A stretch of DNA of 64,000 bases, taken from the NCBI RefSeq assembly GCF_009914755.1, contig NC_060930.1, one strand, 5' to 3'. The notes below the pieces were generated by a model, which was not told the DNA's origin, did not search any database, and worked only from the letters and a program-made list of their open reading frames with translations. The position numbers were made by a program, and so were the translations under genes. Of the stretch, positions 14,076 to 27,404 are shown one piece after another. Position 1 is the first letter of the stretch. Each line of letters opens with the position of its first letter. The stretch comes from the human T2T-CHM13v2.0 reference genome, Homo sapiens.

Positions 14076-16507
14076 CAATGGGGTCTCATTTTCTTTTTCG
14101 TTACAAGTTTTACGAAAAAGTTATATGAACCAATATTGATAAATATTGAAAATACAGATTGATTTTCAAAGTTTGACAGGAAAATACAGAATCTTTTTCT
14201 GGCTAAAAGCAAACCAAGTGACTCAGTTTGAAAATGGCCTGAAGAGAGAGTGCTGTCTTTCTCCTTCTCCTTTTCCTTCTTCCTCCTTCTTCTCCCTCTC
14301 TTTTTCTTTTGCCTCCATTCACTTTTCTTTGTCTTCCATATCTTTTAATCTTTTGCGTTAAAAGAAACTATTTAACTGAATGAGGTGAACTATGTTCTAT
14401 TTGGATAATTTGGCATTTTGTACTTTTTATTTTATTTTCTTCATGAAAATTTTAAAATGATTTTAGCCTGCAAATAAAGATTGCATTGTCCCATTTTCTT
14501 GACATATAGTAAGGGTCAACAAAATAAGTGTAACTATTAAGTTTTCATTGGCTTTCAATATAATTTGATTACAATGATAAACAGAGGTGCTAAAAGCTAT
14601 AGTTAACATAGTAGCTTCTATAATTCAGTTTTATTTTTATGAGAAATAAAAAGCAAATAGAACCGCAGATCTTTGTGTGCACACAGTAGAGAAAGAGCAC
14701 ATTTAAAAAATTTTTCGAAGTATAAATACAGAAAACACTTATGAAACTTAATATAATTACATTATAATTTCCAAAATTATGCTATTCCTCCAACTATGGT
14801 GATTATGTTGTGGGAAACTGATAATGGCTACCAAATTCTCTTGTTTAATAAAACCAGAATAATGTTAATAATGATTTTTTAAAATCATTAATTGTATCCA
14901 CAATTCAAAATAGTAATCTTTATATCAAATAACAACTAAAAAGCGTAGTCTAAGGATGTATTTTATGAGACAGAAGAGATCAGATTTTTCTATTCTCTAT
15001 ACCTTTTCTTCATATCTTATTTTGCTGATAGTGAAAAAGAAGCAGAGTGGGAAACTAAAATTGAAAAAATCTGATTTTTGGAAAGTCCTATTTTGCAAAT
15101 CAAATTAATTAACATAGGTGACTTCAGATTATATCAGAATTGCCATAGCTCCCAATAAGTTACTTTTTAAACTAGAAAAAAGCCACTCGTTGTAAGAAAT
15201 AATAGTAATAAGCTTATGTGTTTTAGATCCTTTTTTGAACTTGCTCTCCCCTTTGTTATACAAGAATTGCACACAAAAGAGGGAGAAAAAAGTAACAAGA
15301 CAGCATTGCCAGTCCTATACTTTGTCCATGTGCTAATATCTGCTGATGAATTCGAAGAAAAAGGTAGATTTGACTGTTAACATGAAACTCTGATTGAAAC
15401 CAAGCCAGAAACAAAAACCAAGTTATGACATCTGTATTATTTTCATTATCAATATCTGTGTAAATCAGTTAAGTACTTTAGTCCTTGAGCCATTTATAAT
15501 GTAGTAGTCTGTATTATTTATCTTTATTTTGTTGCTATAATAAATACTTCTCTTATCATATTTAGATATTGAAAATAATAAATCTTAAGTGGTGCGTATA
15601 AGCTGTATATGACTGAAGTAAAGACAAGCAAATCTCAGAAACAGAAAATACCTTTTAGGGAGGGGATGGGGTTAAAAGGTACACAAAATATGGTGTGTTT
15701 TAATTTTTTTTCTCTTCTTATATCTTCTTGCTTTAATGTAGTTTTATGTTTATTTTTTTGTGACTTTATTTTAAAAAAACAGCTGATGTGTTTTTTATTT
15801 TCCAACTTAATTGCTCCTATAGGCTTTGCTGCAGAAAAATAAACTTAAAAAGCAAAACTTCAGGCTTGTTCTAATTTCTTTTTATTCTCCCTCTGTGTAA
15901 ATCCAAGTCACAGCCCAGAAAATAGTACAAAATGATTTTCTTTTTCTTCTGAAACTCATTACGGTACATTCACAAAATGGTATATTTAATGTTCCATTGT
16001 TATTTCCACAATATAATTTGTTAATCAAAGATTATGTTGGTTATATTTTTGTAAAATAATCTTTAATTGTTTTGCTTGAAAAACTCCAACTTAGATTATT
16101 CATTTGAAAATGATCATCATGACTAAGAATAAAGTACTTCTAGGCTGCTTGGAGATGTGTACAGCATGTGACTGTATGTGTAAGTTTTTGTAACTTTCTA
16201 CACTTCTTTAAAATCACCTCCTTGGTACAAAAAAAAATATATATATATATGTGAGAAAACTAACCTGCTGTTCAGGTGCTGTTCTTTAATCAACAGAAAT
16301 AGTCTGGTAAAAAACTTGCTAAGTTTATATAAATATAATAATACTTTTGTCATTTTAAGCATGAGTAATTTGTGTAACAAAAAACATAATTTAGCCAATC
16401 ATGCAATTAATCTTGTATTGAAATCTCTGTGCTGTGGATGCAAAGGCCAAGGATTCTGCCCTCAAGGAGCTCACAGTCTGGCAGAGGTCTCAAAAATACA
16501 CATAACT

Positions 16508-16914
<407 letters not shown>

Positions 16915-19900
16915 TCAAGTGTCAGAAAATTGCATAAAGATTGTAACATTTCAGTATTCATATGAAGAGAGACAAGGAATTGTGTACCCAGAAAGGGAGT
17001 AGAAGGACACGACCAGTCACAAAATGCAGAGAACACATGGGATTTACCGTTAATCTCCTGACTCTTAAACTTGCATGTCTCTCACTTGCATGGACTCCTT
17101 CCGAGGCTCTATAGCTGTTTGCATTTCTCATTTTGTATTTTTTAAAAGCACCCCCTTCCAAATTGTGCAAGCGTCATTTTCCACAAAAGTCAGATTCTCC
17201 CTTAGGATATGCATGGTGTGGAAGAGAGAAAAGGCATATTCACACAACCACAGTAGCCTCTTTTGGCTCTGCGGTAGAAGATGAAGCTGAATGCTGACAT
17301 CTCGAACCGAATTTTAGCAAACAGGGATCACATTCTTCATTGTCTCCAAAGCAAATGTTGAAATTGATTTCCTCAATTTTTGTTGTTCAGTGTTGTCTGC
17401 AGAGGAGGCAGCATGGCAGGGTTCATAAAGCTAAGAGAAAGAAGTTCAGACCATTTCTAATTATTTTTTTTTAAATTTTTTTGTAAGGGAGCAGCTGAAT
17501 ATGAAATAGTACAGTAAGATATATTTTTATTTTATCATCTCACCAACACCACTCATTAATTAATTCATTCTTCTAATATTTATTGAATGCTTCTTATATC
17601 TTAACTCTCCTTATTTTTCTATTGTGCCTAGAGCATTTCAGCCTTTTCTATTTTATTGATGTTTATCAGCATTTGCAGAAGATGTAGGTTAGGAAAAAAA
17701 CATATTTAATTATTAAGAGAAACCATGCCCTGCTTGATTTTGCTTCTTTTTCTTGAATGACAATATTTTATTCTCTCCACACTATATTTATTTTCTCAAC
17801 CAAGTCCTATGATTACTTTCAGACTGAACTCAAATGACATCCTTAATGAAAGTTCTTTAACTCTTTCCCAAGAGAATCTTTATTCCATGTTTTAATAATT
17901 TTAGCTCTTTAGTTATTGTTTGAGACCCTTGTCTATGTGTCTAGGGATAATTGTCCAGCTATTTTATATGTGCATATCTTGTCTTCTCTCCCTTTAAAAG
18001 GTGGAACCACTGTCTATCTGTATCTTTCTTGTCTGGCACAATGCCTAAAGTCTTTTAAATGATAATTAAGGAGTAGAAGGATTTACCTCTTAAACACTGA
18101 ATAAAACCTAGGACTATAGGAAGGTTCGAGATAACCAAGTGTGAAAACTTCAGGTAATATTTTATTTTTTCCTAAATAAGAATATTGAGGAGGTGGCACA
18201 GTTGAACAAATGGATGAGTTAAGTGACATGAAAAAGCTGTGGGGAGTTGAATCAGATGTTATGTAAATAACTGAATTTCTTATGCCTCAATTTTTCTATC
18301 TTTATTGTAGTCTCTATCACAAGGCTATTAGCTTCAAGAATCTTGCTGGAAAATTCTAACAATATTTAGTTTTTAAGTTGAATTTTTAGGACTGACTCAC
18401 TACTGTGATTTTTTTAAACCTTCTTGTCTACCTCCTTTATTCTACCCTAAATCACCAAATAGACGGGTTATCCCAGAGTTCACTGACCTTTTATTCACCC
18501 TCTAAGAGAGTAAAATTGTCCAGGAGTCCAGTAAACTATATTTCTGAATTACTTATAGAAACAATTTCATCTCAACCATGATGGGCAAGATGCTCAAATT
18601 TTAAAATGAATTTTCTTTGCTCCTATGTGTTTTGGATTGAGGAGGCATTAGTAAATCCTTGTCCTTCAGTGTCCTTATCCTCATGACAATGCTAGAACTT
18701 TCTAGTCCTTTATCTTGGAAAGAAAAACTATTTTTAATGCCAAAACAATAGAAAATTTGTCTTTAAATGATTCAGGGGAAAATCCAGAGAAAGAGTTGTC
18801 CATTTATAGGAAATCAGAAGAAATAGTGCCTATCAAACTATATTTCATTCATAAACTATTTAAAGAATCTAATTTTTGTTTATAGTAAGGCCAAGTTTCA
18901 CTGAAAATTCCTTCAGCTTTTGCTTTCTCTGCCTCTGAGTATGCTTTTCATTGAGAGTGTGCTCACAGAAAACAGGAGAGAGAGAGAGAGTGATTTTAAA
19001 AGATGAATACTTACAGGTAGCTTGGATGTGAGAAGATAGGGTATTTATGAAGGAAAAATTGATAATCTGATAATCTGTTAATGTACTGCTTTGATGCAAC
19101 TCACAATCCCATTATATTCTATTCTATTCTACCATGTATGAATCCATCACACACAGTCTTACCCCAGTCTCAAGGTTGGCTGCAGGACAACTGCTTTGAA
19201 CTGATGTCACACAGGAGATCAGCTATTTCTCACTGCGGTTCCCCATGGACACCTTGCAGGGAGCTTGTTTATTACTCCACTGTGGGGCAGATTGGCTTAT
19301 CATTACAAAATCAGCCTAAAATAGTGCCCAGATTCTGCTTTATGTCATCCAATAGTAGAAATTTCCACACTTCCAGGTGGGATATCTGAAGAATGGAATC
19401 AATATCTAGATACAGGAATAGACATTAAAATGGATTTTGGCTTATATCATAACATAATGAGGTAGCTTTCCTTCCAAGGTTTGCAATTGAATGCAGTTAT
19501 TATGAGTATGGTGAGAAGAAGGAAAAAAAATGTGTCTGGGCTTTTTTGCTGGTTTTTGTTCTTGAAAAATTGAAAATACTGATTTACAATTTTCTTCCTT
19601 TTTTTTTTTTTTTTTGTAAAAGCAAAAAGGCCTTTGTAGTTGAAGTACTGGTGACCTTTCACAGGAATTATGCAGGCAGCCATGGAGGGCTGTTCTAATG
19701 GTGATGCTGTGGTACAATCAGTTTTACTGAAAAAGAGCCCTCTGGGCTGCAGGGTAACTAGCTTAATAGCTTCTCAAGAGGACAAATCTGATACAAGACT
19801 TTAAAATGCACTTTAGGTATTTAGTATTAAATGGGCAGATAGGGGGAACTCTAGAGGATGCACAGAGGTGGATGAAGACATACTGCAAATACAAGCTGTT

Positions 19901-20334
19901 ACAACCTGCTGCCCTCTCACCAGCACAGAGACTGTCCTGCTTTACAGCCAGTTTGGGTCTATGACAACAGGCAATTTTTTTTCTCAATGCTTCTAAGTCC
20001 AGGGCGCTCTGTGTAAAGCTAGTTGCTTCAGAAATACATCTGCTTTCTCTTTGTTTTACTTTTTAAAAAAATTGTTCTCACCCTTTTTTCACTTCCCTTG
20101 GTTAAAATATCCTTGAACATCACCAGTAGAATATCAAAGGATGACTCTACCTAGAGCTTAGAGAGTTTGTTCAGCCATTATCTCCATTGAAAGGAGCCAG
20201 GAGTTAATGCTCTGAATGGTGCCTGTTGAAATGCAGTTGTAACTGTGATTCTGGTATAAAATAATGTTTAACGACATCTCCAACCTTGGTGTAAATGTTG
20301 ATTTGTGTAGGTGAATTTGGGAGGACATAATAAC

Positions 20335-20558
20335 ATTGCACTCAAGGACCCTGATCCTAGAAGCAAAATCACCTGGGTTCTGATGCCAGCTCTACCTCTC
20401 CGTTTTAGGTCCATTTAACTTCTTTAAGCCTTAGTGCCCTCACGTGGAACTGGGGACTCAAAATTACATCTACCTTATAGTGTTGCGATAATTAAATGAA
20501 ATATTTTAAGTGGCTAGCACAGAGCCTGACACATAGTAAGTTCTCAATAGATGATTAA
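20335..20558 (+). mobile_element. MIR SINE
   Basis: CCTGGGTTCTGATGCCAGCTCTACC...TTTAACTTCTTTAAGCCTTAG...GCCTGACACATAGTAAGTTCTCAATA. Confidence 0.7.
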
Positions 20559-21028
20559 CCAAAAATGTTTTCTATTTCTTAATTATTTTATTGGGCAACT
20601 TCACTATCATTGTTTGGAACTTAATTTTTTTCATTATTTTCCTTTATTATGAGAGAAGCATGCTTCATCATTTGGTATGAATTGACATTAATTAAAAGAA
20701 AAAACAAAAATGTTTGACTGATTTCTAGTATAGTGGAGGTAAAGTAGATGAAGATGCATGAGCCAGTAATTCATTCTAGAATCAATTTAGAAGCCGCCTG
20801 CTCTTGGACTGGAACATTCTAGAAGAAAGAGGATAGCTCAAAAGCCACAAGCCAAGTTTAACATTGGAGGACAGTTTCGGGGAAGGTGTGAAAGGCAGTC
20901 AGAGAAACAGAGACAGAGAAACAGAAAATTTTCATACATAAAGGGAGACATGAGGCCCAGTATTGGAAGTTCTATATTTCCTCCTGAAGCTGTGAGGAAG
21001 TATGATGAGAATTATTTATTCATTCAGC

Positions 21029-21070
21029 AAACATGTAGCAAGTGTTACTAAACATGTAGCAAGTGTTACT
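21029..21070. repeat. Perfect 21-bp tandem duplication
   Basis: AAACATGTAGCAAGTGTTACT x2, within an L2-like remnant. Confidence 0.95.
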
Positions 21071-21774
21071 GTTGACTGTTTTCTGCTCTGTGCTAAATCT
21101 GAGATACAAGGGCAAGCAATGGTCCCTGCCCATCAGGAAGGCAGATTGTATAACTGTATTAATTATAGATTAGCATATTTCTAAGTAAATTTACGATTTT
21201 GTTGGAAGGAGTGAAGGAAGTACTGAGAGAATGATTCTATCACATCAGTAAGAATAACCAGAGCATTGTCAAAACTATTTTTAAAATGTAAATAATGATT
21301 TTTCATAACTACAAACACATTGCAGTATTACAATGATTTAAACAATTTGGAAAGGTTGTGAAAATAAGGATCAATAAAAAAGAAGAGATAGGAGGCAGGA
21401 TTGTCAGAAAGTTGTGGCTTTGATATCTAAAGAGACCAGCATTGTGATATATTGTCAGTGAACAAGAGGTTCTAAAGCATCTGAGTGAAATTTTTAAAAA
21501 AATAGGCCTCTGTATTAAGAAATCTCACTCACTCTGATGTCAATCAGTGAGCATTTTTTAGAATTTAAGAGAAAGCTTTTGAATACATAGAGGTGGGTGC
21601 AGTTTTTTTCTTTAAATGTACCTATTGTAGCAAAAAACTTACGGAACATCTTATCCTAAATTGTCACTCATCAAGTTAAATAAGTTCCTCATAAACTTAA
21701 TCAGGAAATTTTGGTTTTGCTTTTGACAAAATAAATTATTGTGTCCCTTTAAAATTAAATATGATAAGTAATAT

Positions 21775-22165
21775 ATTTTTTAATTTTTTTATTTCCATAG
21801 GTTTTTGGGGAACCGGTGTTACATGAGTAAGTACTTTAGTGGTGATTTGTGAGATTCTGGTGTACTCATAAGCTGAACAGTATACACTGAACCCCATTTG
21901 TAGCCTTTTATCCCTCACCCGCTTCTCACCCTTTCCCCTCGAGTCCCCAAAGTTCATTGTATCATTCTTATGGCTTTGCATCCTCATAGCTTAGCTCCTA
22001 CTTATGCGTGAGAACATATGATGTTTGGTTTCCATTCCTGAGTTACTTCACTTACAATACTAGTCTCCAATCCCATCCAGGTTGCTGTGAATGCCGTTAA
22101 TTCATTCCTTTTTGTGGCTGAGTAGTATTCCATCGTTTCTTTATCCTCTCGTTGATTGATGGGCA
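21775..22165 (-). mobile_element. 5'-truncated L1PB-type 3' end
   Basis: TTTCCATAGGTTTTTGGGGAAC...GAGTCCCCAAAGTTCATTGTATCATTCTTATG...GTTGATTGATGGGCA. 19-bp TSD TAAATATGATAAGTAATAT at 21756-21774 and 22166-22184. Confidence 0.9.
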
Positions 22166-23699
22166 TAAATATGATAAGTAATATTTTATGACAAAAAACA
22201 TTGGCACATTATAGAATATACAATATATAAAGGACATGCTTGTGGGTGATGGCAGAGTCAAAAAGCATCATATATGGCCCTGTAGTCACACTCTGAGGAA
22301 CGGAGGCAAGGAAAGGCACTTACAAGACTTAGGATACAAGTATATCTGCTTCAGGATACTGGTAGCCTCTCCATTTTGAACAGTGCAGTTATTAACTTAA
22401 CTCCCACCTGGGTCTCTGACAGCTTTGTTTAAAATTATTCATCTCCTTTTTTCCTGTTTGACCTCATAAACCCTCATGTAGAAATTATGATGGGCAATTT
22501 CTAAGTGGTCTACCAGTTGGCCAATATTTCACCTTTCCCGGAGGAACTTAAAAACTCTTTAAATCTTTTTAACTCTTTACAATTCAACATGTTAAAATGC
22601 AAGACGTGAAAAATATTAGGAGTACATTTATACATTCAGCACCAATTCTTTGGAAAAAAATTAGTCCAAAACCCTCTTGCATTTCCAAATAGAGAGCTAT
22701 TCTCCTCTATTCTCATTAAACCCCCAAACAGCTGCTAAAACCTAAAGACAGCTGCTGAGAATTAACAAGATAAGTCTTCCCTCCAAGTTTTACGCTGCTC
22801 TCTATGGAACGAGCCAAGGCCATTTATTCTGGATAATCATGCCGTTTTATCCTGACTCCACACCTGATCTGAAGAATGAGCTACAGGGACTAGAGAGCTC
22901 TATAGGGATTTCTAGTCTAATCTGATGCATAGTTTCGGATTTATGCCTCCCCTTTCTGAGAGTATTCAGAAAAGTGGGACTTTAAGTTGAGAAGAAAGGG
23001 GAGATAAAGCAGATGGCATAAAAGCTGCAGGATTTATGCAGTGTAGGATCATATATGGAAAGGCGAGGCAAATGTACCCAAAGTTTCAATTATTGCCATG
23101 TGAGTGTGGGAGAGAGGCTCAACTGTGAAGAGAGGATGGATTTAGCCTACTGATAGCACTGTGACTGCCACAGAGGGAGACAGAGCTTGATACTTTGGCC
23201 AGGATTGCTATTTAGGACCTCTCAGTAACAGAGCGCCTGATTTGCAGGGCTTTTCTATTTCCGATGCCTTGATAACTCTGGAGTCATCACAGCAGAATTT
23301 AGGAGGCAGAAGCCCCACAGTTTCAAATTTTGCCTATGAGTTCTAGCATGGTAGACTCCAAAATTTCCTGTCCCAAATACTGGTAATGTCCCAGACCCTG
23401 CTTCCTTATTTTCTTCAAAGGAGTGTTTGGCAATATCCTGAGGGCAGGCTGTGAGATAAAATGTACATTATATCAAAAACTTATTTTTAAAGACCAAGGA
23501 GACTTGATTAATGGTGAGAAATTTTTCAAGCCTTTCTCCCGCCAATCTCTCCACAGCATAGGTGATTATTACTAATTTGAAAATGTCAATGAACAATTTG
23601 CAGCAAAAAAAGTAAGAGAAACAGGTAAAACTAGAAAAAGATGGATTATTACATCACAATTTGGGTACTTAGGAAGCCAATTTTAATTTAAAAATTTTA

Positions 23700-24632
23700 A
23701 AATTTAATATGCATTAATATCAACTTTTTGGTGTATAGTTAATTAATTTCAACAAATAGATTTAAATAACCACTCCCACAATCAGAATATGGAATTAGAA
23801 TCACCAACCTGATTCCTCCTATCACCACCCTGGTAGTCACTGATCTGCTCCCATTGCTATGGTTTTTCCTATTTCCAGAATGTCATATAAATTAGTTCAT
23901 TTATTAAAGACTTTTGAAAATTGGATTTTAAACTTAACATAAAGTTTTCAAAATTCGTCCACGTTGTTGTGTATATCAATTCCCCATTCCTTTATATTGC
24001 GGAATATATTCCATTCTATTTTTGAACTATAGTTTTTTTACTCACCCATTGAAAGACATACAGTTATTTTCATGTTTGGGTGATTATAAACAGAGCTTCT
24101 ATGAAACATTCACATACAGGTTTTTGCACACGCGGAAATTTTTGTTTTGCTAGTTAAATAGCTAGGAGTGGAATTGCTGGGTCATATGGCTAAGCATTCA
24201 CTTAAATATAAAATATTGCCTGTTTTCCAGAGTAGCTGTACATTTTTGCATGTTCACCAGCAATGTATGAGATTTATAGTAGTTTTACATTCTTGCCATC
24301 ACTTGGTATTGTAAGATTTCTTTAACTTTTAACCATTCTCATAAGTTCATAGTGGTATCTTATCATGGTTTTAATTTGTATTTCCCTAATGGTGAATAAT
24401 ATTGAGCATATTTTCATGTTCTTATTTGCCACTCATACATCTTCTTTGGTGAAGCTGTTCAAATCTTTGTCCCATTTTTTTATTGAGTAATTTTTTTCTT
24501 ATTTTGTTGAATTTTGAGGGCTTTTAAAAAAATTCTGGATACAAGTTATCAGACTGGTGACTTGCAAATTTTCTCCCAGTCTATGGATTATCTTTTCATT
24601 CTCTTAACAGTAACTTTTATGGAGCAAAAGTT
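23700..24632 (-). mobile_element. Old L1M (MB/MC/MD) 3' region
   Basis: CCAGAATGTCATATAAAT...CTAGGAGTGGAATTGCTGGGTCATATGG...CACCAGCAATGTATGAG...GTGGTATCTTATCATGGTTTTAATTTG. Confidence 0.8.
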
Positions 24633-26578
24633 TGGGTATGTTTTAAATTCCCTATCTTTATTGACTTTATTTTCTATCCTATACCTGAATATAAATCTTA
24701 AAGAAGCATGCCAGAGACTTAGTGTGAGTGACTAGCTCAGTGAACTGCGCAATGGAAACCATACCTCTAGGAACAGGCACTCTTCATTCCTAGCTGCTGG
24801 AGAACTCATAGTCTTCAGAAGTCTGTTTGATTGGAAAATACCATTGCAAGACAGTGACCAATATTATATAAGACTTAAATACAAGATTTAAGAGAAACTT
24901 TTTTCCTTACTGAAATCTCAGGAGGCCAACACATTAATCTTGAAATTGCTGTCACTTACCGAGACTATTTTATAATGCAAAATTAATGTTTGTCAGTATC
25001 CTTTTAGGTTGCTCTGGAGATTAAATATAGGAGAAAAGAGCATTTTCTCAGGTCTGCACAGGCAAGGCCAAGTGGGAAAATTGAAGCAATTTTCTGAATA
25101 ATGTAATAAACCCCTTCTTTTATTTAATTATTCAAATAAATCTTTATTTTTCCTTCCTTTCTCTGGCCATAGAGACTTCTTTGTCATCTAACTTACATTT
25201 GAAAAGTGACAGGCCTTTATATATCTAGTAAAGGCTTAAAACTTTTTAATATTTAAGGTTATCTGACCCTTAAAATAATTAGTAGAGATTCTAAAACTCC
25301 GATCTTCATAGCAGTGTTGAAGATAACTGAAAAAGCATAATCTCATGTTTTCACACATTTAATTCCATGCTCTAAAGAAACTACTACTTGCTTCTAATTT
25401 CCAGCTGCCAACATCTGCAATTAGAAACTAGCAAAACAATTACCCTAACAGCTGCTAGAAACATAGTTTACAACAAAATGTCAAATGTGTTTTTGAATGT
25501 TGAATTAAAAAACACTAATTTTTATTTCAGCTATCACCTAACCTTTCTCTCGATTAATTAATCATTCTGTTGAATAGTTTCCCAAAGAGAACACATTCCA
25601 TTAGTATTCACCACATTTATTTTTAGTAAAGAGATAATGGAACTACAAGGAACATTCAACTGTAAACACAAGCATGAGTTACAAAGCCTGCTATCTAGAT
25701 GACCTCTGTAGTCCCCTCTATCTCTCAGACCCTAGGATGATAATAAAAGGAAAGGCTTTCTCAGGTATATACAAAACAACAATGACAACAAAAACACATT
25801 CCTATCCCTTGTGGCCTTCAATGCTATTTACCAAAGTTACAAATGCTTTGTGTTCTCCTCAACTGCAAATATTGTTCAAAATGCATTATTTAAATTCAGT
25901 TGAGAATCATATTTGTCAAGGCAGCAGACTTTCCTAAAATACTCCTGAAGCAGTGTCATTTGATCATAGAGGTTAAAGTAGGTGTACCAGTTTGCCCACC
26001 AAATTGCAGGTGAGACACAATCACAATACTTTTCTGTTAGTTGTTGTGAAGAATGCAAATTAATGAAAAAAAAATCTTATGGTAAGTGATTTGCTATTAC
26101 AGAAATTCTGTGTCTTAAAAAATGGTATCATGAAATGGGTATACACATTATATAACATAATTCATTCATTTTCTAAATTCATCCAACTGCTGTTTTCCAC
26201 AAGAGATAATTATTATAATGGAAAACATGATCTAATTCTGTTTGTCTATTTTAAAGATAATTAGACTTTATTTAAAAATTCTCTGAACATATTTTCTTCA
26301 GTATTGTTTGGTACTTAAGCAGGCTGAATTCTATGGAGTCAGGGAAGATAAGATTATAAATTTATTCAAAGATGAACCTCAGTTTCTTCCACCAATAACC
26401 ACACACATACCCATGCACACCTGGCCTGAGATATCAGTTTATCAGAAAGCAAAGTGGCCTCCAGAGATTTCTCCAGTATAGGAGAAATAAAACTTAACAA
26501 CCTACTGGTTTAATATTTGTAAATTCTAAAATAAATATGACAATGAAATTCGTATATATTCTAAAGTTACAGAGTTGA

Positions 26579-26874
26579 TTTTGTTTATTTCTTTGAGAGT
26601 CACTCTGTCACCCAGGCTATAGTGCAGTGGCACAATCATAGCTCACTGCAGTTTAAAATTTCTGGAATCAAGTGATCCTCCCACCTTAGCCTCCCCAGTA
26701 GCTAGGACTACAAACATGTGCCACCACACTCAGCAAATTTTTTATTTCTATATTTTTTTTTAGAGATAGGGTCTCATTATGTTGCCCAGCCTGGTCTCCA
26801 ATTCCTGGCCTCAAGTTATTCCTCTGCTTTGGCCTCCCAAAGTGCTAGGATTATAGGCATGAACCACTGAGCCT
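26579..26874 (-). mobile_element. Alu (AluJ-like)
   Basis: CACTCTGTCACCCAGGCT...ATCATAGCTCACTGCAG...TCAAGTGATCCTCCCACC...CCCAAAGTGCTAGGATTATAGGC. Confidence 0.92.
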
Positions 26875-27211
26875 CAGGGTTCATATGTTTTACATTGCTA
26901 CATTTAGTATACAATTATTTTAAAACACAGAATTAGATATATAATTACTATAACTAACAGCAAGTATAGTTCATACAGGTCATTGTACTTTCTTCCGTAA
27001 TATACCATCATTAGTATGACATAAAACATTTTTTGTGACTCTAATTGGTTTGTAAAAATAAAGCTTCTGTTGATTTTTACTGTATCTTAAAGTGTAAACT
27101 ATAAAGAAATAAAATAATTGAAAGTCCAAATATACTACTACAGTAAACATGACCTTTAATAAAAAGTATCCTTCTGTATATATTCTCTACCCATCCAAAT
27201 GCATGGCAATG

Positions 27212-27283
27212 TGAAGAGCTTGGAAAACAGTAGTTCAAAATAGAATGAAGAGCTTGGAAAACAGTTGTTCAAAATAGAATGAA
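27212..27283. repeat. 34-bp tandem duplication
   Basis: TGAAGAGCTTGGAAAACAGT(A/T)GTTCAAAATAGAA x2, followed by TGAA. Confidence 0.95.
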
Positions 27284-27404
27284 CAGAAAGATGCTATATG
27301 GTTAGCCTACTTTGGTTGAGCTTCCTCTATAATTATCCAACAAAACATATAAAGAAAAAGACTAAAAAACAAAAATAATATTAAAAATCTAGGAAAATTT
27401 AAGG

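Noticed and set aside
19665-19753. Candidate plus-strand exon (CTTTCACAG|...CAGG|GTAACT) with one open frame
   Set aside because: 89 nt, weak splice sites, peptide not recognised and no partner exons.
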